A stretch of 63,966 bases of DNA, filler included, from Rhizaria sp. SCN 62-66 (GCA_001724265.1; 4 parts of 4 records of this genome joined end to end with filler, not necessarily neighbours in it), one strand, 5' to 3'. Shown: positions 24,109-37,176, numbered from the whole stretch's first letter. The notes: generated from the sequence alone by a model not told the origin. Made by a program: numbers and translations.

Positions 24109-27100
24109 ATGAACCGCATGCGGTGTGCCCAACGGTTCGCCCACCGCGCGGTCTCTGCCACACCCCTCGCTCCCCACACGTCACAACCCACACATACCGT
24201 GTCCGTAAGCATGAAGACTGTGCAACCGAGCGTTAGTTGTGCCTTTGTGGCCACCAGTACTGCTGTCAATACTTTAGTGCATAGGTCGACTTCGCACGGC
24301 TCGAAGTCCGTCCTCACGACTTCAATGTCAGCTGCGGCCACAGCTACTGCCTCCGCCGCTCCTGCTTCTAAATCGACCCCTGTGACCGCAGCCTCATACT
24401 CGTTGATGCACTCCCTACCCCTGCGTTCTTCCCCAACGCTGCACCGTTTTACTGCATCATCTCGCTTGCTTGAGAGCAGTGGTGGCAGTGGACAGTTGGA
24501 CTGGAACAACGACCATTTCGACCTCGACGCACTCCAAGCCTTCGCATCAACCTCAAACAAAGCATCTAAAGCCAGCACCAGCAATAACAGTAACCCTAGC
24601 ACGGCATCTACTGTTGAAAGCAGCAACGCCTCTTATCCTGTTGCGACGACCGACGTCACTGCAAGTAACAATGAACATGCGAGCGACAGTGAACACGCTG
24701 GCAACGACAGCCACAACGCTCGCGCGAACGCTGACACGGAGCCAACGGTCTGCGGCGACGAGCGCGACACGATCTACCAGCTCTCCTCCGGTCTCGGCAC
24801 CTTTGGCGCTGCAGTCGGCGTTGCCGTCGTCCGTATCTCCGGTCCCCAGGCTCTGCGCGCGCTCGCTGCGCTCACCTACACCGCCCAACCCAGCGGCAGT
24901 AGCACCGCAAACGCGCTGCAACAAGGCGGCGTAGCTTCTGCCGCAGCTCGTGATAACAGCGGCAGCAACGAGGGCACCCCCGGCTTGACTTCTCACCGCG
25001 TGAGTCTGCCCCGGCTGCGCGCGCGCACGGCTTCGCGGTCTGACCTCTGGTCGGTCACGTCTGAGTCGCTCGCTGCGACGCGGCACCTCTGCTCGCAATC
25101 CCTCGCCACACTCGTGAGCATGAACAACAGCAACAATAGCGTCCCTATTAACACCATCAAGAACAATGGTAACGCCGCCGCTCTTGACAGCTCGCCTGCC
25201 GCTGCGACTTTGTTGGGCTCACCGCCAAACCGCACTTTGCTGGACTCTGGCGCGCTCTTGCTCCCGTTCCCGTCCCCGCGCTCCTTCACCGGCGAAGACG
25301 TCGTCGAGCTGCACTGCCACGGCTCCCCGCCCCTGCTAGCGCGTTTGTTTGCATCGCTCTCCACGGTACCGGGACTCCGTGCTGCCACTGCCGGCGAGTT
25401 CACCCGCCGCGCCTTCGCCGCGGGCAAGCTCGACCTCACACAGGTCGAGGCCCTGGGCGACCTCTTGGCGGCGCAGACAGAGCAACAACACGCCGCCGCC
25501 GTTACGCGGCTCGACGGCGCCGCGGGTCGCCGCTACGCGCACTGGCGGCTGTCCCTCGTCCGCGCGCTCGCGTACTGCGAGTCCGTGCTCGACTTCGGCG
25601 AGGACGAGGCCGACATCGCGGAGGACGAGGTCCTCGCGTCGGTCGTGCCCCGCGTCGCCGCGCTCCGCACCGCGCTTGCAGCGCACCTCAAGGATAACCG
25701 CCGCGGGGAGATCCTGCGGCAGGGGCTGAGGCTCGCCATCTTCGGCGCGCCAAACGCGGGGAAATCAACACTCTTGAACGCGCTTGCGCAGCGGCGGGTG
25801 GCGATCGTCTCCGCGGTTGCCGGCACCACGCGCGATGTTGTGGAGACGCAGCTGGACCTCGCCGGGTGGCCTGTGGTGCTGGCTGACACGGCCGGTTTGC
25901 GCGACGACGCTGTGGACGTCGTGGAGCGGGAAGGAGTCCGCCGGGCGAGGGCCAAGGCCGCTGAAACACACATGCGCATCGTCGTGTTTGACGGCGCTGT
26001 CGTCGCCAAAACGCTCGAAATGAGCGCAAACAGCGGCGATAATCGCGAGTACCAAGGAGATATGAGTGAGATCACGCTGCAGTGCTTTGACTCCGCGTCG
26101 CTGTCACTCGTCGACCACAACACCATCGTTGTCATCACGAAGGCGGATCTGCTTCCGGGGGCGCGGTCAGTGGCTGCGGTGCCATCGTTGACTGTGGCGC
26201 ACTCGGCGCAGCCCATCTATCACTCGCCGCGGCAGCAACAGCGCGCGGCGGCGGCCGAGGCGGCTCGCACGGCGGCCCAGGTACGGTCACCCACAAACCG
26301 GAAACAAAACTGTTGTACTGGCGTCTTATGTGCGCGCTGACTCTTGAAATTGACATAGTGATTAATATCTACGATAATTATGTCTTTACTTTACTGAAGA
26401 TTGTTCTCCAAATTGATCTTATCTCACGTGCATGCTCTCATTTTTGTTCCTTGTTTTGCACCGACCTTAGGAGGAGCAATCTGCGCTAGCCGCTCTGCTG
26501 CTGCAACAAGACAGCGGTTTGACTGCTGCCGAAGCCGCCGCCGAGGCCCGTCGCCAAATCGCCACTTTGGCTCCCGACTCTGATTCGTTCGCCAGTTCTT
26601 CCTCTGACCCCAGTGGCAAGCTCCCCTCAGCTGAAGGTAACGATAAAGATGGCGAGGACAGTAACGGCCCCCATTCTAAGAGCGCGCACTCCCGCGCCGT
26701 GGCCGAGCTCGAGGACGTGCCCCTGTCCGCCTTAGTTGCGCGCCGCGTCCACGCGCTCCTCCCCGGCGCCGCCGCGGTCTGCGTGCTGTCGTGCGACGGC
26801 GGGTGGAATCTCGGCAGTTTAGTGGAGCTCGTGCGCAGGGGTGCCGAGAAACGCATGGGGTCCCCTGCTGCTGCTACTGCGGCTCACGGTTACTCTGCTC
26901 ACGCTCAGCTTGGTGTCAGCAGCAACAGCGGTGATGCTGTCGTCGCTAGCGACGAACTTGTGGGTGTGAGCGTATCTGAACGCGAGCGGAACAAGAACAA
27001 CGCAAGTAGCAGCAATCTTGGTGATATTGGCGGTGATACCAATGCTGCAGCCGTGCTTGCCGCTCTCCTCAACAATCCTCTACTCCCCACATCCCAAACC

Positions 27101-27520
27101 ACCGCTAACAGCAACAGCAACAACAGCGGCGGCGGCAGTTGCGCTTACAGTGGGCTCAACTCTGCGGTTGACGGCGATTTGACTCTGGCCTACGACGCCG
27201 AGGCCGCCGCCACTGCCCCCGTCGCCAACGCCCGCCACCGCGAGCTTCTCACAGAGTGCGCCGCCGCGCTCGACCAGTTCCTCTCGGGCTGCGCCACGCC
27301 ATCACACGCACACCCCTCCGCTGCTCACGGGCACTCTGCTGGTGCGTACAGTCACTTCGCAGGCCTGGGCCGGCCTCAGCGCGCTGGCGTGCCGCGCGAC
27401 TTAGTGCTTGCGACAGATCACTTGCGCACTGCTGCGCGCGCGCTGGGGAAGATCACCGGCGCGGTCGAGACGGAGGAGCTGCTGGACGTGATCTTCAACG
27501 ACTTCTGCATCGGCAAGTAA
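24109..27520 (+). CDS. mnmE: Mitochondrial tRNA modification GTPase MnmE/TrmE (GTPBP3/MSS1); exons 24109-26280 and 26471-27520
   Basis: Motifs DTIYQLSSG, AVVRISGP, PRSFTGEDVVELHCHG, GEFTRRAF...GKLDLTQVEAL, GAPNAGKSTL, AGTTRD, DTAGLR and the terminal IFNDFCIGK-TAA. GTACGG...AG intron at 26281-26470. Confidence 0.95.
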
Positions 27521-28295
27521 AGAAGGAAGTCAACAACACACTGGCTGGCTCATGTAACGCGTGTTTCATGTGTTCCAGAATGCGATCCTATTTATTCGAT
27601 AATAATGATGATATTTAGTATTTAATTGAGTTCCTAGTTGCAATAAAGAACCTGTTGTTCCCTTAGCATGATTCATGAAGTTTAACGGTACAGTACTCAG
27701 CTCCCCTTTTATGTGAGTTGTGTGAGCAATCAAGGCGATGGCGATATTGAAAATGATATTTGAATGTGTATTCACAAGCATCCTCAAAAGGACAGAGCAA
27801 GCAAATGGTACTAAGGATCTTTACGCCGTACGAATGCAGTATCTAACACACAAGAAAAATCTACGTAACAAGACAAGGAAGAAAAACTAGCTATAACACA
27901 AAACAAAGATGAACAGAATAAAAGCACTGTGGATTTAACAGAAAAAAGATAATTGCTGGAAAAAAACTATTTGTCCCGCATAATGATGAGACTAAAGTAA
28001 ATTCCTGAGACACACTGCAACTCGAATACACAAAACAACAACTGAGTGTGACGGCTACCACAGCGACTGTGATCCCCTCGACTCGTTGCTGTCACATTGG
28101 ACACACATTCTTGCTCGATTCATTTAAAAACAAGTGTGTGTGGGTGTTTTATCATGCAAATGTCCCACAAAAAACGACCTCAAACAAACAATCATGACAC
28201 TTCTAGATAGCAATTAAGCGAATGCGCAATGGTTGGGTCGTGGAAGCACGACCAAACATCCAGCCGCGGCTTAACTTCCCGTGCGGCCCAACTTA

Positions 28296-31200
28296 TCACT
28301 GGACGCGCGACGCGTGCTGGTGCATGCGCGCCCGAGAGGAATACCCCGCCCCAGCCTTCGCACCACTCTTTTGGTTACCAGAGCCAGAGTTGTTGTTGGC
28401 GTTGTTGTTGGTGGTGCTAGACGAGCTAGAGCGTGCCTCAGCGTCGTTATCGGTGTCGGTGCCGGCGTCAGTGTCGCCGCCGCCGCCGCCGCCCATCACG
28501 CTGCTGCGGCCGCGGCTGCCGTTGCGTGCAACGCTGCCCTCGGCGCTGCTCGAGTCGAAAAACGCGCCGAACCCGCCGTCCTTGCTGCTGGCAACACTAG
28601 CCCGGCTGCGGTCGCCCTGCGCGTTTCCGCCGCCGCCGCTGTTGTTGCCGTTGTGGTTGTGGGGGAGAACGTCGCTGTCAGCGGCGCCGCTGGCGCTGGC
28701 GTCCGCGGACTGGGGGAAGCCGCCGCGACTGGGGTGTGGGTAACCGCTGTAGCCGCCGTAGCCGGAGGGACGGCCTTGGACGGCGCCCGGGTACATGTTG
28801 TAGCCGTCGTAGCCGCCGTAGCCGCCGTAGGCGCCGTAGCCGTAGCTTTCGTCGCCCTCGTCCGCGTCGCCACTCCCCTATTATGGTACGATTTAATACG
28901 ATATATAAACATTAAGATATTGACGTGTGTGAGTAAAACTATTAAGAAATATAACCAATTAAATTATACTCCTGACATATCAATGCTAAAACGTCAAGGT
29001 TTATGAAATAGTGAAATAAGTGTTTGTTGTGGTTGCGCAATGAACGTACTTCGCCGTCGCCGTTGCCGAGGCCGCCGAGACCGACGCCCAGTGAGTGGCT
29101 GTCGCTCTTGTGCGCGTTGCCGGAGCTGCCATTCGCGCCACCGCGGGGACGCGCATCGAACACGAGGAGCATGAGGTGAACGGGGATGACTTCCGATGCA
29201 AGGAAGTAGAAAATGGTGATCGGCGGACCCTGTGTTGAGAGAACAAGAACGCAAGAGATAGAAACAAAGCCCAGATGTTAGCATATGGAGATACATATTA
29301 ATAATAACATAAATTAGCATTGATTTCACAAAATAGTATTCATATAGCTATATGATCAATGATTCGTTCATTAACAGTGTTTAATACTCTTGCTCGTGAT
29401 GTTGCTCAACTTCGTACCTGGTTCTCGAGACAGGTGTTCATGATCACCATGAGCACGCCGCGGAACAGCAAACACGCGGCGCAGATGATACTCATAGCGA
29501 GAATACGCCGCATCGGGTTATGGTACACCGGCACAGCCTCTCCCGCTGAAGTCAAGCCGCCCGCGCCACTCACACCTTCTAAGGGGTGTCCCTGCGCGTC
29601 GAAGTGCCCAGCGTCGAAGTGCAGCGGCAAGTGCGGGTTATGATGCTGGTTATGATGCGGATAATGATGCGCTGCCAGCGCGTCGAGACTCGCCCCGTCA
29701 ACCGCGGCCCCCGCCCCGCCCATAGTCGTCCCCGACAGCGCCGGGGGCGGAATGAGCGGCAAGTGGCCGACACCGCCGACCCCGGTCCCGCCGCCGTGGC
29801 CGCGGCTCAGCACGCTGGTGTTGCTCGTGGCCGGTGACGCGGGGACGTAGCCCGCAGAGGGGTGGAAATACCCGACGCTGCCGCGCGTGCTGCTGCCGGC
29901 GTGACTGTGGGCCGGCGATTGCGTCCCCACGGCAATCAAGCCGTTGCCCGTAGGAGGAACGGTGGTGGTGTTGCCGCTGCTGTGGGCGGTGCTGGCGCCG
30001 GAGCGCACACTCGCGGTGTCGGAGGAGAAACCGTAGTAGTGGCCGTTGTTGGCGCCGCCGTAGGTGCCGTAGCTGCCGCCGCCACCGGGGGTGTAAGCAC
30101 CTCCGTTGTGAGGGGGTCCGTACGCGGCGGAGTCCGAGAGCAACGGCTGCTTCTGCCCGTTGATTGTATTTCCGCGATTGTTGCCATTTGCGGAGGCAGT
30201 GACGTAACCGCGGTAGCCCGCGCTGATGTTGCCGCCAACAGAGCCGGCAGCCAGGGACGCGTTGTTGTTACAGCTAGGGAGAGAGACACACGTCGTCGAC
30301 AGCGTCTTATTGCTGTTGACGGTGTTCACGTTAGCGGCATTAGCGTTATGGGTCATCGCGGAGTCGACAGCGCCGCCAGAGGAGCTCGTGATGCTCTTGC
30401 CCTGCCCAGCGACAGCGGCAGAAGGATTACTCGCCGACGCCGTCGTCATCGTCCGCAGACGCCTCGCAGTGGTGGCGCCGCTCACGCTGCTGCCCCCGCC
30501 GCGGCCGCCGGCGACGGTGACCGCGCCGGTGGCTGAGAGGTCGCTGCTCCCGGTCCCGGTGTGGCTCACGCTCCCCGTCGCCAGACTCCCACTCGCACTA
30601 GCGCTCGCAGCGGCGCTGGCACTGGCGCTCGCGCTCGCGCTGCTGGCGATACTCGTGTGCCCCGCGGAGTGCTGTGACAGCGCCGGAGACCCAGGGGCAC
30701 GCGGCGGCTGCTGCTGCTGTCGACCGCCGGCTGTTGTATTGGTCACCCCCGCAGCAGCAGCGTCATTAGAGTCACCGCCATTGCTTTGATGCTGCTGCAA
30801 ATGCGGATCTAAGAGGGCGTCGCTGGCGGGCCCGTTGGCGAGGGCGCCGCCGAGCGCTGAGCTGGACAGAGGGAGGAAATCAGATGAATGCAGCGACGAC
30901 AGGCCCGAGCCGGACGACACAACGCCGCCAGGCGCCACAGCAACTGCAGCGTTAGCATAGGCATTGGCATTGGCGTTGGCGTTGAGGTTGGAGGCAGAGG
31001 GGCATAACGCCGTGTCGCCGTCGCCAGTGCCCACGCACTCGCCGACATCGTCGCAATCGTCCGCGTTCCCGCCCTCCGCGCAGCTTTCGACGTCAACGCC
31101 GCCGCAGTTGTTGTGGTTGGTTTCGTCTTCGTGGCAACCAGCGTTGTCAGCGTCGCCGTCACCAATAGCAGCGGAAGCAGCACCGGTGACACTCTGCTTA

Positions 31201-32115
31201 CTGCTCTTGTTGGGGGTACTTACATTCGCGCCGCCACCCTTAGACGACGCACCGCCCTTAGACGCGGCCTTGCTTCCCTTGCCCTTACCCAGCGCTTTTG
31301 CACCCTTAGCCGCCACAGTGCTTTGCGCCACAACAGACATCGCATCCACAGCATTCGTGCCGCTGCTAATATTGCTGTTGCTGTTGCTGTTTGTGTTGGT
31401 GATGCTGGAGCCCTGGAGGGTCATAGTACGGTGGCGGGCGGGCACGCCGCGGCGCAGCGTCGTGTGCGCGACCGGCGTGCCCACGGTCACCCCCGCCGTC
31501 ATCCCAGCGTTAGCGTCGGCGCCAGCGCCAGCGCCAGGGTTGGTGGGAGACAAGAACGGCAGTGCACCGCCGCTGGCGAGACCGACGGGCGTGCCTGGCA
31601 AAGCGAGCAGGGGAAGACCACTCGCTCCCACCTGCTGGCCCTGGCCCTGGACCTGCATCTGCATCTGCATCTGCATCTGTTGCTGTTGCTGCTGCTGCTG
31701 CAAGAGAAGCTGGTGCTGTTGGGCCGGGTGTAAGGGGGCGAAACCGAGTCCGACGCCGAGTGGCATCGGCTGCGCCGCCCCTCCACTTACATTCAGGGCA
31801 CTTACACCCGTGTTGAGGTCGCCACCGCCGGGGGAGAGCAGGAGACTGTGTGGCGAGGCAAACACGATGCCGTTCGCCGCGGTGCTGCTGGCGGTGCTGT
31901 TGTAGTTGCTCAGAGTGTGGCTAACATGGACACCGTCAGACTTATTGATGTCGTTGTTGTTGTTATTGTTGTTGTTGTTGTTGTTGGGATAGTTGAAGCC
32001 GGTGTTGCTGCCGTCAATATTGACGTTCGCCTTGTTGCTCTGAGCGCCAGCGGTGGTGCTACTGTAGCCAATAGCGGCCATCGGCGACGCCAGCGTAAGC
32101 GCACCAGCAGTCGCC

Positions 32116-32147
<32 letters not shown>

Positions 32148-33024
32148 CTGTAGCAAGTGTTGGTGGTGGTGGTGGTGGTGATGGTGGTGGTGATGCAGCA
32201 TATGCGGCGGCCCCGCTGCCGCCGCGGTCAACGCAATCAGGTCACGGATGATGCCCTCGAGCTGCGAGTACAGCTTGATGCCGTAGGTAAGGAACAGCGC
32301 GGCCGTGAGGGCCGAAGCAGCGATGACGAAGTAGATGTACACCACTTGGACCCACTCCGAAATTTCGGCCGCGCGCGTGGCAACGGCAACGGCGGCAACG
32401 TCGGTGTAGATGACCAGCGCGATGGTCGCCAACGAGAGCCCATACATGACGACGTTTGTCGCGATGAGGAAGCGCGCCAGACAGCGGCTGCGGCGGGCGT
32501 TGGCGGCGTCCGTCTTAAGCACTTTGTGGTAAATGCGCGCGAACGTGTAGACGATGAGCGTGAACGCCGAGACGTAGAGCGCACCGGGAAAGTTCGACAG
32601 CAGAGTGAGCCAGGTCGCCTCAGTCTGGATCATGACGGGGTAACATGTGGGTCCGTCAAACAACCAGCCCAGGAAGAAGGTCGCGCGCAGGGTACATGTG
32701 GCCACGAGGAACGACAAAAACGCGCGCTGCACCGAGCGGTCGCGCTCGCGCTCCGAGGAGAGCTTGATGAGGTAGCGCACCACCAGCACCAGCGTGATCA
32801 CGTAGACCTGAACGTGGAGCGGAAAGAACGTGTTAGAGTGTTATAGAACGAAGGTGAGTGAAGATACAAATAAAACCATTTTAAATGTGCAAACGTGTCG
32901 TTATTATGTTTTAGGCAAGAATTGGCTTGAAATGTGAAGATATGCGTGCGTTGTAGCGCGTTTTGTAGCGACGTACGGATCCGAGGATGCCGGCTGCGTA
33001 GAGGAAGTCGCAGTGCTTCCTCAT
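28296..33024 (-). CDS. THH1/TOM1/TOM3 (DUF1084; GPR137-like) 7TM protein with a huge low-complexity loop; exons 33024-32977, 32807-29418, 29229-29050, 28877-28296
   Basis: PGALYVSAFTLIVYTFARIYH, FLTYGIKLY, IICAACLLFR and IFYFLASEVIPVHLML resemble TOM1-family motifs. Three phase-0 GTACG...AG introns. Ends in TGA. Confidence 0.75.
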
Positions 33025-34043
33025 TATATAACACGCGGTGGACCACGGGTGTTGTCGCGGCGCGGTCGTAAAGAGGCGGTTACGAGTGCGCTGTGTGTGG
33101 AAGCGTCGTCACAGACAGAGACGGTGTTGTCGTGTCTGTGAACGAGTGCGAGTGAAAAGCGGGGCGAGCACAGTTCTCTTCTCGCTGGACAGGATATAGG
33201 AGGAGGAGACGACTGCAAGAGAAGTTGTGTTGCGAGCACGATGGCTCTCTGCTTTGCAAAAGGAAATAAAAAGGCTGGGGCAAGCCCGAGGCTGCGTCTC
33301 TGGAGCTGCGGAGTCGGGACAAAGGAAGGAACATAGTGGGGGGTGGGAGAGTTGAAGTGAGCGACGTGGGCGGTGTAGACGAGCTCACTCGGCGCACTGC
33401 GGCACAGGCAAAAACATAGACTGCGCATGGAAACTATTAAAATGCGGTGGTTACCAAGTCAAACAGGACTAGATATAATCGCCACAAGTCGAAGTAACGA
33501 CGGAGGGAGCGAGAAATCCGTGTCTCCAAAAGCAGCGAAAGGGGCGACTGTGAGCAGTGTTCGGGACGGACTGGTCAGTCGCCTCACACCACGCGGCTAA
33601 GCACGATTGCGACTATATGCTTACAGTCGTTGTTTCATGAAATACGGAGTGGATCTTACTAGAACAATGCGTGTTTTATTTGGGATGTTTGCACAAATCT
33701 TGCTCAGCGCCGATTATCTCCACCAAAATCGCGCTGCTCGAAGCCCACTCCCAAAGCTCACCTCGTCGTCTCAACTCATCGCCTCCATGCAATGTACCTG
33801 CGTCATAATCTTTACGAAACCTTACTAATTGCAAGTATGTGCTAATATTTACTCTTATCTCTACCCTCACTCACTCGCACTTCTTCTGTTCTTTATCTTA
33901 CCCACTTCAGCCCTGCTTTCTCCGACAACACATCACCGAGATATCCCCCACTCCCCCAATCTCGTCCCCTTGACCCCCGTTCCTCTTTGCTCTCAGCTCT
34001 TGCTGTTCCTGCTCTTCGCGCTCTCCGCCGCTGCTGCTGCCCG

Positions 34044-36830
34044 ATGTCCGCGCAGTGGATCCCCGACGAGCTGGTCAACGCCTGCGCCGGCTGCCAGTCT
34101 AAGTTCACTCTCTTCTTCCGCCGCCACCACTGCCGCGTCTGCGGCGGCGTCTACTGCAACGACTGTTCCCTGGGCCGCGTCACGATCAAGCCCTCGGAGC
34201 CGTCGGTGCGCGCGTGCAACCACTGCGTGAACAAGCTCAAGGCGCGCGTCGACAACACCCGCGAAGAGAAGCTCGCTGTTGGCGCCACCGTGCTGTACGA
34301 AACACGCTCCGTCTGCTTCCCCTGCGGCTTCGTCGACGGAATCGGCTTTAAGTTCGCCCACAACGTCTCGTTCGTGGTCCAGGTCCAGGACGGGATCTAC
34401 CTCTACTCGCAGTGCGGCCACCCTGATCATATCCGCACGCCCAGTATTACTCGGCTATGCTCGGACGCCCGCTTCTACCACCGTGTGATGCGGCTGCCCT
34501 GGGACTCGACCATGGGCCCCTCCGTGCTGGACCAGCTGCTCTCGATTCCGCTCACGGGGCCTCTGGTCAACTCGCTCAACAACACCAGCTCCGGCGGCCC
34601 CGAATCCGCCGCCGGCGGCGGTGGCTACAACGCCAGTCAAGAGAAGTCGAGCATGATGGTCCGCTACCAGCCCCCCGCGGCGCCGTCTCTCTTCTACGCC
34701 CCACCCCCGCCGCCGCCGGCGCCTGGCGCGCCCCCGCTGCTCACGGTCGACTCGGCGCAGCTCTATCGCCGCCTCGTCACTCCTTCGCGCTACCCGTCCT
34801 CTTTACCGCTCGCAGCCGAGCTCGACTTGACGCGCGACGACTGCATCGCGAGTGCTGATGAGGTCCGCGCCGACCTACGCCGCCTGAGCGATCTGTACCC
34901 GCCCGGCGTCACGTTCCTGCTCAAGCTCAACGTCGGGCTTGTCGGGCCGGAGGACATCCCACTTGTCAACGAGCGCATTCTGCTCATCGACCTGTTCATG
35001 AACGGCTCTGCCATCGAAGCAGAAGCAGGCACCAAGGCGGCCGCAGCCGCAGCCGCCGCCGCCGCCGCCGCTGCTCAGCAGCAGCAGCAGCAGGGTCATA
35101 GCCAGGGCAGCAACCCCGAGGCCACAGCGGGCCCGAACCCGAACGAAGACGACGACGATCTGTCCGGCGCCGGGGCCGGCGGCGCTGGTAGCGACTCGTC
35201 CGCCGCGCGGTGCTTCATCCTCGTTGACGCCAGTTTTGAGCGCGTCATCGACCTCTGCCGGCTCGAGCAAAGCGCGTTCATCCGCGGCCGCGTGTTCCCC
35301 CTCATCCGGTACTTCCTGGCCCCGGGCGAAGAGGCGCAGTGCACCGAGGAAGTGGCGCTGGCGGTGGCGACCCTGCAGTCGTTCGTCGACATCCAGCTCG
35401 CGCTGTACATCGCCGTCGACCCGGACGACCTGCCTGACCTGACCAAGATCTGCGCCCTCGCGCTCGCGCTGACTCGCACCATCCGCTTCACCCTCTTCAC
35501 GCACACGCGCGCGTTCCGGCCCCTCGTCGACCGCACTCTGCGCCGCCGCCGCGCGCTGGCCCGCCGCAACCACCTCGTCGCCACCTCGGCCAACAACGCC
35601 AACGCCGCCGCGAGCGCTGAGGGGGAGATCGCGGTGCTGAACGCGGCCCTTGCCGCGGTGACCGTGGGCGAGCCCTGCCGCGCGACACCGCAGACCGCAC
35701 TCGCTGCCGTCGAAGGGCACCTTCGTGCCGCCGCCCGGTCAGCTGCGTTCGCTGTGGGCAACGGGGAGGATCTGAGCGACTGTGCGCGGGTCGAGTCCGT
35801 GGACCCCATGCCTCTGCTGCGCGCGCTGCACCACGCGACAGGCGGCTTGATTTCCCCTTCGTCGCTCATTCCGCTGTGCGCGGCGCACGTGCTGGAGCCC
35901 GTCTTCTCGCTCTTGGGGCTAGGGCACGTCAGCCTGAACCCGGACCCCTTCAGCGCCTTCGCAGCCGTCGTCGTCCATAAGGGCTCGCTCAGCAGCAAGA
36001 CCGCCGCCAAGGTGCCGGTGACGCCCGGTCAGGGCGCGGCGGCCACGGCGGCGGCGCTGGCGGGCGCGGAGGCCGCCGTCGCCGCCGTCAACGGCAACTT
36101 CTCGGGCGCCGCTGCAACCGGCTCCGGCGGCGCTGGCGGGCTTGTTAGCTCCACTAGCGGCCCCAACGCGGGTGCCGGTGTCTCTGCTGCATCTGGGAGT
36201 AGACGTGGGAGCGGGGTGGGCACGCCTGTGTCGCCCGCGGCCGCGATGGCGATGGTGATGGCGGGCGGACCGCAGCCCAATTTACACGCGGGACAGAGTA
36301 GCAACAGCAACAACGCGAACGCCGGTACCAGCAACAGCAGCGCGAATGGGGGCGCGAACCATAGCGCTGGTAGCAACGCGGTGTTGACGCCCACGAGTGG
36401 TTTCGTGTCGCTGTACCAGAACCGCGTCGTCGCGATGAACATCACGTCCCAGTTCGACATCAAGAAGCTGCTCGAAGGTGCGCGCGAAGTGCTTGCGACC
36501 TCTTCCTCCTCGAGCTCAAACAACAGTGGCAACAGCCGTGGTGGCGCCAGCTCGAAACTGGGGCTGCTCAAGGCGAAGAAGCTCAAGGGCGCGCTCGAGG
36601 CCGCGATGCTACCCGCCGCGCCCGTGCCGCTGGACGAGCTGATCTCGGCGACCGCAGGTGCTGAGGAGCAACGCAGGCGCTTCCGCAACTCGCAAGTGTT
36701 TCTTGTGATCAACGACATGGATTTCGGGACGGTGGACTTGGTGCGCCGTGCGCGGCCGCTGGTGGTGCGGAGGAACCCCGACGACGCGTCGCCGCAGGAC
36801 TTTGTGTCTGCCAGCATCGGCTGCATTTGA
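34044..36830 (+). CDS. FYVE zinc-finger (PI3P-binding) protein
   Basis: WIPDELVNACAGCQSKFTLFFRRHHCRVCGGVYCNDCS...VRACNHC has the WxxD and R(R/K)HHCR motifs and the FYVE cysteine pattern. Ends in TGA. Confidence 0.88.
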   Translation: MSAQWIPDELVNACAGCQSKFTLFFRRHHCRVCGGVYCNDCSLGRVTIKPSEPSVRACNHCVNKLKARVDNTREEKLAVGATVLYETRSVCFPCGFVDGIGFKFAHNVSFVVQVQDGIYLYSQCGHPDHIRTPSITRLCSDARFYHRVMRLPWDSTMGPSVLDQLLSIPLTGPLVNSLNNTSSGGPESAAGGGGYNASQEKSSMMVRYQPPAAPSLFYAPPPPPPAPGAPPLLTVDSAQLYRRLVTPSRYPSSLPLAAELDLTRDDCIASADEVRADLRRLSDLYPPGVTFLLKLNVGLVGPEDIPLVNERILLIDLFMNGSAIEAEAGTKAAAAAAAAAAAAAQQQQQQGHSQGSNPEATAGPNPNEDDDDLSGAGAGGAGSDSSAARCFILVDASFERVIDLCRLEQSAFIRGRVFPLIRYFLAPGEEAQCTEEVALAVATLQSFVDIQLALYIAVDPDDLPDLTKICALALALTRTIRFTLFTHTRAFRPLVDRTLRRRRALARRNHLVATSANNANAAASAEGEIAVLNAALAAVTVGEPCRATPQTALAAVEGHLRAAARSAAFAVGNGEDLSDCARVESVDPMPLLRALHHATGGLISPSSLIPLCAAHVLEPVFSLLGLGHVSLNPDPFSAFAAVVVHKGSLSSKTAAKVPVTPGQGAAATAAALAGAEAAVAAVNGNFSGAAATGSGGAGGLVSSTSGPNAGAGVSAASGSRRGSGVGTPVSPAAAMAMVMAGGPQPNLHAGQSSNSNNANAGTSNSSANGGANHSAGSNAVLTPTSGFVSLYQNRVVAMNITSQFDIKKLLEGAREVLATSSSSSSNNSGNSRGGASSKLGLLKAKKLKGALEAAMLPAAPVPLDELISATAGAEEQRRRFRNSQVFLVINDMDFGTVDLVRRARPLVVRRNPDDASPQDFVSASIGCI

Positions 36831-37041
36831 GCGCGCGCGAAAGAAGCAACTCAGTCGGTGCAGTCGCAAACTGACTTTATAACAGTGTAATATGACTTGT
36901 ATATGGCCATTTTTAAACAATAAAGACTTTAAATTACTTAAATTAGATATTATATATTCTTTTGTGACGTTTATAATTTGTTTAATGATAATGCGAGAGA
37001 GATATCGAGACAAATGTGGTTTTGGGGGTGGCAAACGTTTG

Positions 37042-37099
37042 GTTCGCAAAAATTCATGTGCTCACGGTCCTTGAAAGTAAGGGCCGTGCCGCCGACCGA
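37042..37099. promoter_or_regulatory. Putative ribosomal-protein promoter module upstream of RPL11
   Basis: GTTCGCAAAAA (37042-37052), TGCTCACGGTC (37059-37069) and GCCGACCGA (37091-37099). The same elements occur, inverted as a block with the same spacing, upstream of RPL27a. Confidence 0.55.
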
Positions 37100-37176
37100 C
37101 CGATCGGCGTCAGGACCCTTTGCGCGAACTTTCGAAAGCGTGTAGACCTCAGTCTCTTGACAAGAGAATCGGAAAA

